From NCBI GenBank assembly GCA_023129115.1, contig JAGMCR010000009.1, positions 6,121 to 70,120 of the forward strand: 64,000 nt of DNA, given 5' to 3'. This DNA comes from Candidatus Iainarchaeum sp. (GTDB lineage Archaea; B1Sed10-29; WALL01). Made by a program: the position numbers and the translations under genes. The notes under the pieces are model-generated. The model saw only the letters and a program-made list of their open reading frames with translations, ran no database searches and was not told the origin of the DNA. Below, in pieces: positions 1-7,915 of this stretch; the first letter of the stretch is position 1; each line of letters starts with the position of its first letter.

Positions 1-295
1 CGCGGGTGATGGTCCTGCCGAGCAAGAGCTTTCTGTCGGCAGGCGTTATGAGCAGGTGCTGGGCGTCTGTGTTCATGGCGATGGATTCAGCGCCCTGGAC
101 GCCGACCTCGTGGAGGCGGCGCATGGTGTTGTTTCCGGAGCCGCCGGTGCCGACGACACGAATCCTGGCCTGCGAGCTCGAAAGAATGTCCTCGATTTCC
201 TTGTTGGAGAGCGCAGCCCTCACACGCGGCTTCCTTGCCTTTGACTTTGACTTGGATTTAGCCCTCTTGGCGGCCTTTTTCACTATTTTCCTCAA
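1..295 (-). CDS. ftsZ: FtsZ/tubulin-family cell division GTPase, N-terminal part (gene runs off the window start)
   Basis: Own minus-strand translation gives ...[94 protein letters not shown]. The GxGGxGxN and NTDAQ motifs are the FtsZ N-terminal signature. Start is TTG 295 or GTG 283, with an in-frame TGA at 302-304. It is absent from the ORF track because it is open at the window edge. Confidence 0.75.
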   Translation of the reverse strand, partial: MRKIVKKAAKRAKSKSKSKARKPRVRAALSNKEIEDILSSSQARIRVVGTGGSGNNTMRRLHEVGVQGAESIAMNTDAQHLLITPADRKLLLGRTITR

Positions 296-324
296 GAAGA
301 ATCACCTTGCCTATCACGCTGTAA

Positions 325-348
325 GCACAATTAGCGGCGTAATTGTGC
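325..348. promoter_or_regulatory. Perfect inverted repeat GCACAATTA-N6-TAATTGTGC in the ftsZ leader/promoter region
   Basis: GCACAATTA at 325-333 and TAATTGTGC at 340-348, with spacer GCGGCG. It lies between the TATA-like box (357-369, minus strand) and the ftsZ start (283/295). Confidence 0.35.
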
Positions 349-356
349 AGAAAGGG

Positions 357-1163
357 GTTTAAATAGGTTATGCTGTTTACTGGTTATCCTTGCATGGCCT
401 TCTCTAATTCCATGGCGAGGTAATCAGTTAACGACCTTTCTTCGAAAATGCCTTTTTTGACAATTTTCTTGACTAGGTTAGGGACTGGTTCGCCAGTCAA
501 ATCAGACAGATAGATTATCGCTTCAGTAATGGCAGTTGGCGGAGTCTGAGCCAGTATGCCTGGCTTAAGCCCCTTATCGATTTCCTTCAAACGTTTGCAC
601 ATCTCAAGATACTCTTGCGGAGACCCATATGCGTTCTCATGTACATCTTCTTTGACCGAGGGGTGCAGGTTTTCTTCCCCCAAGACAAAATAAGCTAACG
701 CTTTACTGACTGATTCATGAAAAGTCTTGAACTTTGAGTAATGCGTGGAAGGATCATTGCCATCTTTGCCGACAAGATGCATGAGGACAACGTGGGACAA
801 TTCTTCCGGAATCGTGCGCCTAGCGAGTTCTACCTCGCCGAAAATGCCTGCACGTTGATTTGCCCCAAGATGATACTCGAACTTGCCGTTTACTTCGAGG
901 GGGAGGGCTACACCAGTAGTGAACTTAGAAACGAGGTTGGAACTATGACTAGCGATTTTGTCTTGCGATTCTTTTGATGCAGAGGGGTGGTTGGCAACGT
1001 AATCCTTTGCATCACCCACAGACTCATGGAATACTATCTTCTCAGGGAGTTCAAAATGAGTTGAGAGTATACTGTTCACCCTGTTTACCCTATCACGAGC
1101 CCACTCTGCCCTGACTTCAATAGGCATGAATCCGATTTATGCCTCTGAGAGTTTAAATAGGTT
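357..1163. mobile_element. Putative single-gene insertion cassette bounded by a 13-bp exact direct repeat
   Basis: GTTTAAATAGGTT occurs at 357-369 and again at 1151-1163. On the minus strand each copy is a TATA-like box: one in front of ftsZ, one about 24 nt in front of the ATG of ORF 384-1127. The enclosed gene is visibly AT-richer than its flanks (GC not computed). Confidence 0.45.
384..1127 (-). CDS. Hypothetical protein (247 aa), no domain recognised
   Basis: Intact ORF from the track with a TATA-like box about 24 nt upstream (1151-1163). It is AT-richer than its neighbours. No motif that I can name. Confidence 0.6.
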   Translation of the reverse strand: MPIEVRAEWARDRVNRVNSILSTHFELPEKIVFHESVGDAKDYVANHPSASKESQDKIASHSSNLVSKFTTGVALPLEVNGKFEYHLGANQRAGIFGEVELARRTIPEELSHVVLMHLVGKDGNDPSTHYSKFKTFHESVSKALAYFVLGEENLHPSVKEDVHENAYGSPQEYLEMCKRLKEIDKGLKPGILAQTPPTAITEAIIYLSDLTGEPVPNLVKKIVKKGIFEERSLTDYLAMELEKAMQG

Positions 1164-1233
1164 CTTGACTGACTGTTCCACTTGCCACGAGCGGGTTGTA
1201 TTGGCTCCAAGAGGATTCATAGAAGAACCTAAC

Positions 1234-1241
1234 CTTTAAAT
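1234..1241 (+). promoter_or_regulatory. TATA-like box for the ribose-1,5-bisphosphate isomerase / AMP phosphorylase pair
   Basis: CTTTAAAT lies about 27 nt upstream of ATG 1265, consistent with a leaderless archaeal promoter. Confidence 0.45.
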
Positions 1242-1264
1242 CCCAAGACTGCTTTTTAGCACCC

Positions 1265-2164
1265 ATGAAGTCGAAAACCACTGCCCAGCGCATAAAGCGG
1301 CTCGAAATCCAGGGCGCGAGGAATATTGCCCGCAAGGGGCTTGAGGCCCTGGCTTTTGACGCGCGCCGGAGCAAGGCGAAGACGCTGGCGGCGTTCGGGA
1401 AGGAAGTGGAGAAGAACAGCGCTCTGCTCGCCGGCGCGCGGCCCACCGAGCCAGCGCTGCGGAACGGCCTCGCGCTCGTGCAGAGCGCGCTCGCAATCGA
1501 GAGCTCTTTGCCCGGGGCAAAGGAGGCGGTCGCAGAGGCGACAACGCAGTACGCCAAGCAGATGGAAGAGGCCAAGAAAAAAATTGTGCAGGTGGGCGTG
1601 AAGCGGATAAGGAGTGGTATGACCGTGTTCACGCACTGCCATTCTTCCACGGTCACTGCGATACTGGTGGCGGCGTGGAAAAAAGGAAAACGGTTCGACG
1701 TGATTAACACGGAAACGCGCCCGCGCTTCCAGGGGAGGATTACTGCCCGCGAGCTTGTTGGCGCCGGGATTCCGGTGACGCACATCGTTGACTCCGCGGC
1801 GAGGAGGGTGATGAACGAGGCAGACCTTGTGCTGGTGGGTGCGGACGCCGTGACTGCAGAGGGCAGCCTCGTGAACAAGATTGGGACGAGCATGATTGCG
1901 CTGGCGGCGCACGAGGCGAGGACAGAGTTTGCCTCCGCGTGCGAGACGTTCAAGTTCGACCCGCTTACGCTGGGCGGCGAGGACGAGCCAATTGAGTACA
2001 GGAGCCCGAAAGAAGTGTGGGCGAGGCCGCCGCGCGGACTCAGTATAAGGAACCCTGCTTTTGATGTGACGCCGCCTGAATATATAGACTATATTATAAC
2101 AGAAGAGGGAATCATCCCGCCGTCAGAGGTAGCGCATATCCTGCGCGAAAGGGCGCGCTGGTGA
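1265..2164 (+). CDS. Ribose-1,5-bisphosphate isomerase (eIF-2B alpha/beta/delta family)
   Basis: Typical eIF-2B-family core: THCHSSTV, RPRFQGR, VGADAVTAEGSLVNKIGT. The specific call rests on the AMP phosphorylase gene immediately downstream. Confidence 0.75.
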   Translation: MKSKTTAQRIKRLEIQGARNIARKGLEALAFDARRSKAKTLAAFGKEVEKNSALLAGARPTEPALRNGLALVQSALAIESSLPGAKEAVAEATTQYAKQMEEAKKKIVQVGVKRIRSGMTVFTHCHSSTVTAILVAAWKKGKRFDVINTETRPRFQGRITARELVGAGIPVTHIVDSAARRVMNEADLVLVGADAVTAEGSLVNKIGTSMIALAAHEARTEFASACETFKFDPLTLGGEDEPIEYRSPKEVWARPPRGLSIRNPAFDVTPPEYIDYIITEEGIIPPSEVAHILRERARW

Positions 2165-2199
2165 ATCTTTATAAACAACGGCTCCGTTAGTGGGATTGG

Positions 2200-3720
2200 A
2201 TGAAAACAGCTTTCAAAGTCAAGTGCGTAGACTTGTCCACGGCAGGGGTGCGCGTGGTCGTGCTCAACAGGGAGGACGCGCGGGACTTGGACCTGAAGGC
2301 GATGGACCGCGTGGAGCTGTCGACTGATGGGCGCCAGCCAGTAACCTGCATCGTTGACCTGACGGACACGTTCGTCCCGCCGGGGATAGTGGGGCTGTTC
2401 AAGGAGGCCTACACGCGGGGCGGCCTCAGCGACAGGGACCAGGTCTACATCACGCCGAAGGGGAAGCCGACGAGCCTGCGCTACATCAAGGAGAAAATGG
2501 CTGGGAAGCCCCACACCGAAGAGGAAATCAATGGCATCATCCATGACCTGATGAACGAGGAGCTCAGCGACGTGGAGCTCACGGGCTGGATTTCGTCTAT
2601 TTACATCCGGGGCCTTGAGAAGGAAGAGACTATTGCCCTCACGAAGGCCATTGTCGCGTCCGGGACGACGCTCGACCTGCGGGAGAAAAGGGTTTTTGAC
2701 AAGCACTGCATCGGCGGAGTCGCCGGGAACAGGACCACGATGATTGTGGTGCCGATTATTGCCGCGGCGGGTTTGACGTGCCCCAAGACATCGAGCCGCG
2801 CGATTACTTCGCCGGCGGGGACTGCGGACACTATGGAAGTGCTTGCGCCGGTGAACCTGAACAAGGACGACATCGAGGAAGTCGTGAACAAGATTGGCGC
2901 GTGCATCGTGTGGGGAGGCGCAGTGAACTTGGCTGCGGCGGACGACAAGCTGATTCGAATTCGCCATCCGTTGTCGCTTGACCCGCGCGGCATGCTTTTG
3001 GCGTCAATCATGGCGAAGAAGAAGGCCGTGGGCGCGACGGACGTGATTATTGACATTCCGGTGGGCGTGGGCGCGAAAATCAAGAGCCCAGACGAGGCCA
3101 CTATCCTGGCGAAGCAGTTCAACGCGCTCGGGGCTTCGCTCGGGATGAACATCCACTCGCTTTTGACGAACGGCGACCACCCGATTGGGCTCGCGGTCGG
3201 GCCGACGATTGAGGCGCGGGAGACGCTGCGGATTCTCAATGGCGAGAATGTTTCGCCTGAGCTGATTGAGAAGAGCGTGCAGCTTGCGGGAGTATTGCTC
3301 GAGATTGGGGAGAAGGCTGCGCAGGGGCAGGGCCGGGAGATGGCGCTGAACCTTATCCGGAGCGGCAAGGCGGGGGAGAAGTTCAGGAAAATGATTGAGC
3401 AGCAGGGCGGCGACGGCAGCATCAAGGTAGAAAGTATTCCAATTGGCGAATATGACCACACCGTGGTCGCGCAGCGCGAGGGGCGGATTGAGCAGGTGAA
3501 CAACCGCGGGATTTCTGCGGTGGTGCGGAACGCGGGTGCGCCGAGAGACAAGGTGGCGGGCATGTATTTGCATGTGGAAGAGGGCGACCGCGTGAAGAAG
3601 GGCCAGCCGCTGTTCACAGTGTACGCGAAGAGCGAGAGAAAAATCGAGCAGGCGCTGGAGGCGTACAAGCAGCACGAGCCAATCAAGTTCGCGAGAATTA
3701 TCCTGCAGACGCTGGACTAG
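2200..3720 (+). CDS. deoA: AMP phosphorylase (thymidine phosphorylase family with extra N-terminal domain)
   Basis: 506 aa. It has the glycosyl-transferase-3 core (KHCIGGVAGNRTT, TSSRAITSPAGTADT) plus the N-terminal extension typical of archaeal AMP phosphorylases. It is adjacent to the R15P isomerase. Confidence 0.8.
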   Translation: MKTAFKVKCVDLSTAGVRVVVLNREDARDLDLKAMDRVELSTDGRQPVTCIVDLTDTFVPPGIVGLFKEAYTRGGLSDRDQVYITPKGKPTSLRYIKEKMAGKPHTEEEINGIIHDLMNEELSDVELTGWISSIYIRGLEKEETIALTKAIVASGTTLDLREKRVFDKHCIGGVAGNRTTMIVVPIIAAAGLTCPKTSSRAITSPAGTADTMEVLAPVNLNKDDIEEVVNKIGACIVWGGAVNLAAADDKLIRIRHPLSLDPRGMLLASIMAKKKAVGATDVIIDIPVGVGAKIKSPDEATILAKQFNALGASLGMNIHSLLTNGDHPIGLAVGPTIEARETLRILNGENVSPELIEKSVQLAGVLLEIGEKAAQGQGREMALNLIRSGKAGEKFRKMIEQQGGDGSIKVESIPIGEYDHTVVAQREGRIEQVNNRGISAVVRNAGAPRDKVAGMYLHVEEGDRVKKGQPLFTVYAKSERKIEQALEAYKQHEPIKFARIILQTLD

Positions 3721-4997
3721 AACTTACAAAACTTCTGCGCTTTCTTCAAAGTGTTTTTTTCGTTTAGCCGCAGGATTTTCTGGTCGCGCATCACGAGTTC
3801 GCCGTTGATAATTGAGTGGATGACGGGAGAGTCCGCGAACAATGCCTTTTGCAAGAGCGAAGAGTCGTCCTGCGGCACCACGCGGTCGCGCATCGAGACC
3901 ACTACAAGGTCGGCGAGCGAGCCCGGGGCCAAAGTTCCTGTGGCGTGGCCGTACAGCCGCGAGTTGAACGCCATCGAAAGCAATTGCTTCAGCGACAACT
4001 GCTTGCCAAGCGTCTGCTGCAGCAGCAAGGCGTTCGACAATTCGCGCCGCAGGTCATTGCTCATGTTCGCCACGGGGTGGTCGACCCCAAGGCCCACCGC
4101 GACGCCCGCCTCAAGCATGTCCGCCACAGGCGCAATCCCCGTGCCGAGGTTCAGGTTCGCCGTCGGGCAGTGCACCACAGTCACGCGGCTTTTGGAGAGG
4201 AGGAGCACGTCCTTCTTGGAGACATTGACCGCGTGCACTGCCAGGGAGTGGTCGCTCAACACGCCGAGGTCGTACAGGTAGCGCACGCTTGTCTTGCCAG
4301 TTCGTTGTAATACAAATCCTTTTTCGCCGAGCGACTCCGCAACGTGCAGGTGCACGCCGGTGTGGTTCTCGACCGCGAGCTGCCTCACGGTCTTGATTAA
4401 GCTCTCGGTCGCCTCGACCTCGTTCGCGAGGCCGAACATTCCCGACAAAAGAGGGTGGTCCTCGAGGCGCTTGACCAGCCACTCGTTTTCCGGCAGGGAC
4501 TTGCAGTCAAAAGTTGCGCTGGTCTTGATGTCGCGGTCCTTGAGCGCGAGCGCCATCGTCCCGCGGAGGCCGAGGCGGTCCAATGCCTTCAGCACGGGCT
4601 TCGACCACCTCGCGTTGATGTTGTTGATGGTGGTGGTGCCGGTGTGCAGGAACTCGAGGCCGGCGACCAGCGCGCCGAGGTAGGCGTGGTTGTCCGTCAT
4701 TTTTTTCTCGAGGGGAAACAAGACGTTTTCGAACATCTCGAAGAGGGGCATGCCCACACCAAAGCCCTGGGCGAGGCCGAGCGCCATGTGGGTGTGCGCG
4801 TTGATGAAGCCGGGCATCACGAGGCAGCCCGTGGCGTCAATCCGGTCGTAGCGCTTGTGCGACTTGCGCATCTTTTCCTTGCCGCCGACGCCGGTGATAA
4901 CAGTGTCCTCGACCGCCACGGACTGCTCCCTCAGGGAGTAGTTGGGCTGGAGGACTTTGCCGTTTTCGATTAACAGAGACACGCTTAAACACCACAA
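3717..4997 (-). CDS. Amidohydrolase, nucleoside (MTA/SAH/adenosine) deaminase-like
   Basis: Metal-binding INAHTHM motif near the N-terminus and an amidohydrolase-fold length. The track start is TTG 4997; GTG 4982 is an alternative. Confidence 0.65.
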   Translation of the reverse strand: MWCLSVSLLIENGKVLQPNYSLREQSVAVEDTVITGVGGKEKMRKSHKRYDRIDATGCLVMPGFINAHTHMALGLAQGFGVGMPLFEMFENVLFPLEKKMTDNHAYLGALVAGLEFLHTGTTTINNINARWSKPVLKALDRLGLRGTMALALKDRDIKTSATFDCKSLPENEWLVKRLEDHPLLSGMFGLANEVEATESLIKTVRQLAVENHTGVHLHVAESLGEKGFVLQRTGKTSVRYLYDLGVLSDHSLAVHAVNVSKKDVLLLSKSRVTVVHCPTANLNLGTGIAPVADMLEAGVAVGLGVDHPVANMSNDLRRELSNALLLQQTLGKQLSLKQLLSMAFNSRLYGHATGTLAPGSLADLVVVSMRDRVVPQDDSSLLQKALFADSPVIHSIINGELVMRDQKILRLNEKNTLKKAQKFCKF

Positions 4998-5011
4998 ATG
5001 ACGAGGTTATC

Positions 5012-5018
5012 TTTATAT
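5012..5018 (+). promoter_or_regulatory. TATA-like box of the por operon
   Basis: TTTATAT lies about 29 nt upstream of ATG 5045. A second box (5026-5035) faces the divergent amidohydrolase gene. Confidence 0.45.
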
Positions 5019-5044
5019 CCGGTGCTGGTTTTTAAAGATACACC

Positions 5045-5572
5045 ATGATGGAAATACGCTTTCACGGGCGCGGCGGGCAGGGCGCCGTTACGGCAGCAGA
5101 AGTCCTTGCGGTCGCAGCATTCAAGGACGGCAAGTACGCGCAGGCCTTCGGCAAGTTCGGGCCGGAGCGCCGCGGCGCGCCGGTCCAGTCCTTCACGCGG
5201 ATTAGCGACGAGCCGATTAGGATTAGGCAGGAGGTCTACGAGCCAGACTGTGTCGTGGTGCTGGACGCGAGCCTCATGAAGGTCGTGGACGTCAGGGAAG
5301 GGCTCAAGGAAGGCGGCATCCTGATAATCAACACTGGCGAAGAAGTCGCCGGCGCGTGGGCCGTCGACGCCACCCAAATCGCCATGGACGTAATCGGCAA
5401 GCCCATAGTGAACACGGCGATGCTCGGCGCGTTCAACAAGGCCAGCGAGTGCGCGGTCACGCTGGACTCGCTCACCGAGGCAATCAAGGAAAGGTTCCCG
5501 GGGAAAATCGGGGAACTCAATTCAAAAGCGATAGTGAAGGCCAGCGAGGGCTGCGCCTGCTGTGAGGTGTGA
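5045..5572 (+). CDS. porG: 2-oxoacid (pyruvate-type):ferredoxin oxidoreductase, gamma subunit
   Basis: N-terminus [19 protein letters not shown]...GPERRGAP is the gamma-subunit signature. It is the first gene of a 4-gene gamma-delta-alpha-beta operon. Confidence 0.85.
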   Translation: MMEIRFHGRGGQGAVTAAEVLAVAAFKDGKYAQAFGKFGPERRGAPVQSFTRISDEPIRIRQEVYEPDCVVVLDASLMKVVDVREGLKEGGILIINTGEEVAGAWAVDATQIAMDVIGKPIVNTAMLGAFNKASECAVTLDSLTEAIKERFPGKIGELNSKAIVKASEGCACCEV

Positions 5573-5826
5573 AGATGGTCGGTGGCGTGGTGACAAAGGT
5601 TGGGAGCCTGGACTCCAACAAAACGGGGAGCTGGCGGAGCTTCAGGCCGGTGATTGACAGGGAAAAGTGCATCGGATGTGGGCTGTGCAAGAAGTTCTGC
5701 CCCGACGTCTGCATAGAAATCAAGGACAAGAAGGCAGAGGTCGACTACGACTACTGCAAGGGGTGCCTGATTTGCAAGAGCGTGTGCCCTGTCCAGGCGA
5801 TATCGTCGGAAGAGGAGGAGAAGTAG
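5569..5826 (+). CDS. porD: 2-oxoacid:ferredoxin oxidoreductase, delta subunit (2x[4Fe-4S])
   Basis: Two CxxCxxCxxxCP clusters ([24 protein letters not shown]). The start overlaps the porG stop. Confidence 0.85.
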   Translation: MKMVGGVVTKVGSLDSNKTGSWRSFRPVIDREKCIGCGLCKKFCPDVCIEIKDKKAEVDYDYCKGCLICKSVCPVQAISSEEEEK

Positions 5827-6945
5827 ATGGTGAAAAAGATTGCCGAGGGGAGCCACGCCGTGGCAGAAGTCGTGCGGCTTCTGAACCCGGACGTGCTGGC
5901 AATGTACCCAATCACTCCGTCGACACATATCCCTGAGCGGCTGAGCGACTTCGAGTCCGACGGGGAATTGGATGGCACGATAATCCGTGTCGACTCAGAG
6001 TTTTCGGCGATGTCCGCGCTCGTGGGCGCGAGCGCGACTGGCGTGAGGACGTACACGGCGACGAGCAGCCAAGGGCTGGCACTAATGCACGAGGTCTTGT
6101 TCGTCGCGTCCGCGATGAGGCTGCCGATTGTCATCACGGTCGTGAACCGCGCGCTTAGCGCGCCATTGAATATCTTTAACGACTGGCAGGACTCGATTAG
6201 CGAGCGCGACTCGGGATGGATACAGATGTACGGAGAGGACTCGCAGGAAGTCGCGGACCTGATGGTGCAGGCGTACCGCATCGCGGAAGACAAGAGGGTG
6301 CTGCTGCCGGTCATGGTGTGCATGGACGGCTTTTTCTTGAGCCATACCTACGACGTGATTGACGTGCCCGAGGACCTGAAGGGGTTCGTGCCTCCGTACA
6401 AGCCAGAGCACGCGTACCTGGACCCGAAGAGGCCGCAGACGCAGGGCGCGTGGGCCATGCAGGAGCCCTACTTCGAGCTGAGGAAAGAGCTGGAGGAGGC
6501 GGTGGGCGCGGCGCTGCCAGTGATAAAAGAGGTTCATGACGAGTTTGCGAAAGTGTTCGGCCGAAGTTATGGGGGCGGGGCCATTGATGTCTATGGCGAG
6601 GGCGACACTGTCGTTGTGTCCATGGGCAGCGTGTGCACCAACCTAAAGGTCCTTGCCGACAGGCTGGGCTTCCAGGTGGTGCGCGTGAGGTGCTACCGGC
6701 CGTTCCCGGCCGAAGACGTTAAGAAGGCGCTGGAGGGGAAGAAGGCGGTTGCGGTGTTCGAGAAGGACGTTGCGTACGGCACTGGCCACGGCGCGCTCTA
6801 CAACGACGTGCGGGCGTGCACGACGGGCAAGGCAGTGAACTTCATCGTCGGGCTCGGCGGGCTGGACGTCCCAATCAATGCACTGGAGAAGATGTGCGGG
6901 GAGATAGATGCCATGAATGACGGCGAGACGAGGTGGCAGAGATGA
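5827..6945 (+). CDS. porA: 2-oxoacid:ferredoxin oxidoreductase, alpha subunit
   Basis: 372 aa. The N-terminus EGSHAVAEVVRLLNPDVLAMYPITPST is typical of alpha subunits. The operon context supports the call. Confidence 0.85.
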   Translation: MVKKIAEGSHAVAEVVRLLNPDVLAMYPITPSTHIPERLSDFESDGELDGTIIRVDSEFSAMSALVGASATGVRTYTATSSQGLALMHEVLFVASAMRLPIVITVVNRALSAPLNIFNDWQDSISERDSGWIQMYGEDSQEVADLMVQAYRIAEDKRVLLPVMVCMDGFFLSHTYDVIDVPEDLKGFVPPYKPEHAYLDPKRPQTQGAWAMQEPYFELRKELEEAVGAALPVIKEVHDEFAKVFGRSYGGGAIDVYGEGDTVVVSMGSVCTNLKVLADRLGFQVVRVRCYRPFPAEDVKKALEGKKAVAVFEKDVAYGTGHGALYNDVRACTTGKAVNFIVGLGGLDVPINALEKMCGEIDAMNDGETRWQR

Positions 6946-6951
6946 CTATGA

Positions 6952-7010
6952 TGCCTCTGGGGGCATCTGTTGATGCCCCCAAGTCTACCGCGCCAGCTGA
7001 GGTTTCGGCT
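6952..7010 (+). repeat. G-run hairpin mini-element, copy a (inserted between porA and porB)
   Basis: Sequence is TGCCTCT-GGGGGCATC-tgtt-GATGCCCCC-AAGTCTACCGCGCCAGCTGAGGTTTCGGCT. It has a perfect 9-bp stem (6959-6967 / 6972-6980). It is bracketed by the 16-bp direct repeat GAGGTGGCAGAGATGA (6930-6945 and 7016-7031). Confidence 0.8.
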
Positions 7011-7027
7011 GAGATGAGGTGGCAGAG

Positions 7028-7915
7028 ATGAGTAGTGAAGTTATTTCGTCTGGGCACTCGGCTTGCGCCGGGTGCGGCGAAATCATTGGCGAGCGCATGG
7101 TGCTCGAGGCGCTGGGCAAGGACGTGATTGTTTGCCAGGCGACGGGGTGCATGGAAATCACTACAACGCCTTATCCGCGGACCGCGTTCAAGGTGCCGTG
7201 GCTGCACGTGACTTTCGAGAACGCGGCGTCTGCCGCCAGCGGGATTGTCGAGGCCGACAGGAAGCTCGGCCGCAATACCACTGTCGTGGCCATCGGCGGC
7301 GACGGCGGCATGATGGACATCGGGGTTCGCGCCTTGAGCGGGGTGATGGAGCGGGGCCACGACCTGATGCTGGTCGTGACCGATAACGAGGCGTACATGA
7401 ACACCGGGATACAGCGGTCGAGCGGCACGCCGAAGTACGCGGCGACTACGACTACTCCGGCGGGCAGCGTTGTGCCTGGGAAGAGGGAGTGGAAGAAGAG
7501 CATTTCGAGGATTGCGATTGCGCACGGGATTCCGTACGTCGCGACGGCAAGCATTGGGTTCCCCGAGGACCTGGTGGCCAAGGTAAAGAAGGCCCAGGGC
7601 ATCAAGGGCCCAAAGCTGCTGCACATTTACACGCCGTGCCCTGTGGGGTGGGGGTATGACTCGAGCAAGACGGTTTACTACGCCAAGAAGATTGTCGAGA
7701 CCGGGCTGTGGCCGCTTTACGAGATAGAGAACGGGAAGCTCACGATAAGCCAGAGGCCGACGTTCGCGCCGCTGGAAGAATATTTCACTGGCCAGAAGCG
7801 GTACAAGCACATCAAGCCCGAGCACATCAAGGAAGTCAGTGAGCGCGTCAAGGCTGGCTGGAAAGAACTGGAAAAGCAGGAGAAGGCCGGCGTCGACTTG
7901 ATGCTTCTTCCCTAG
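7028..7915 (+). CDS. porB: 2-oxoacid:ferredoxin oxidoreductase, beta subunit (TPP-binding)
   Basis: N-terminal SGHSACAGCG cluster and the TPP motif GGDGGMMDIG. ATG 7028 is preceded by GAGGTG. The track start at GTG 7019 lies inside the duplicated 16-mer. Confidence 0.85.
   Translation: MSSEVISSGHSACAGCGEIIGERMVLEALGKDVIVCQATGCMEITTTPYPRTAFKVPWLHVTFENAASAASGIVEADRKLGRNTTVVAIGGDGGMMDIGVRALSGVMERGHDLMLVVTDNEAYMNTGIQRSSGTPKYAATTTTPAGSVVPGKREWKKSISRIAIAHGIPYVATASIGFPEDLVAKVKKAQGIKGPKLLHIYTPCPVGWGYDSSKTVYYAKKIVETGLWPLYEIENGKLTISQRPTFAPLEEYFTGQKRYKHIKPEHIKEVSERVKAGWKELEKQEKAGVDLMLLP

Noticed and set aside
1140-1146. Isolated TGCCTCT heptamers (1140-1146, 22403-22409, and others inside genes) as remnants of hairpin elements.
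   Set aside because: A 7-mer is expected several times by chance in 128 kb of two-strand sequence, and none of these is followed by a G-run palindrome.
1153-3686. Long minus-strand ORFs (1153-1953, 1256-1912, 2089-2967, 2601-3686, 3004-3675) opposite the R15P isomerase and AMP phosphorylase genes.
   Set aside because: They are Arg/Pro/Ala/Ser-rich shadow ORFs of the kind expected antisense to GC-rich genes. They have no motifs, and the plus-strand genes have clear family signatures.
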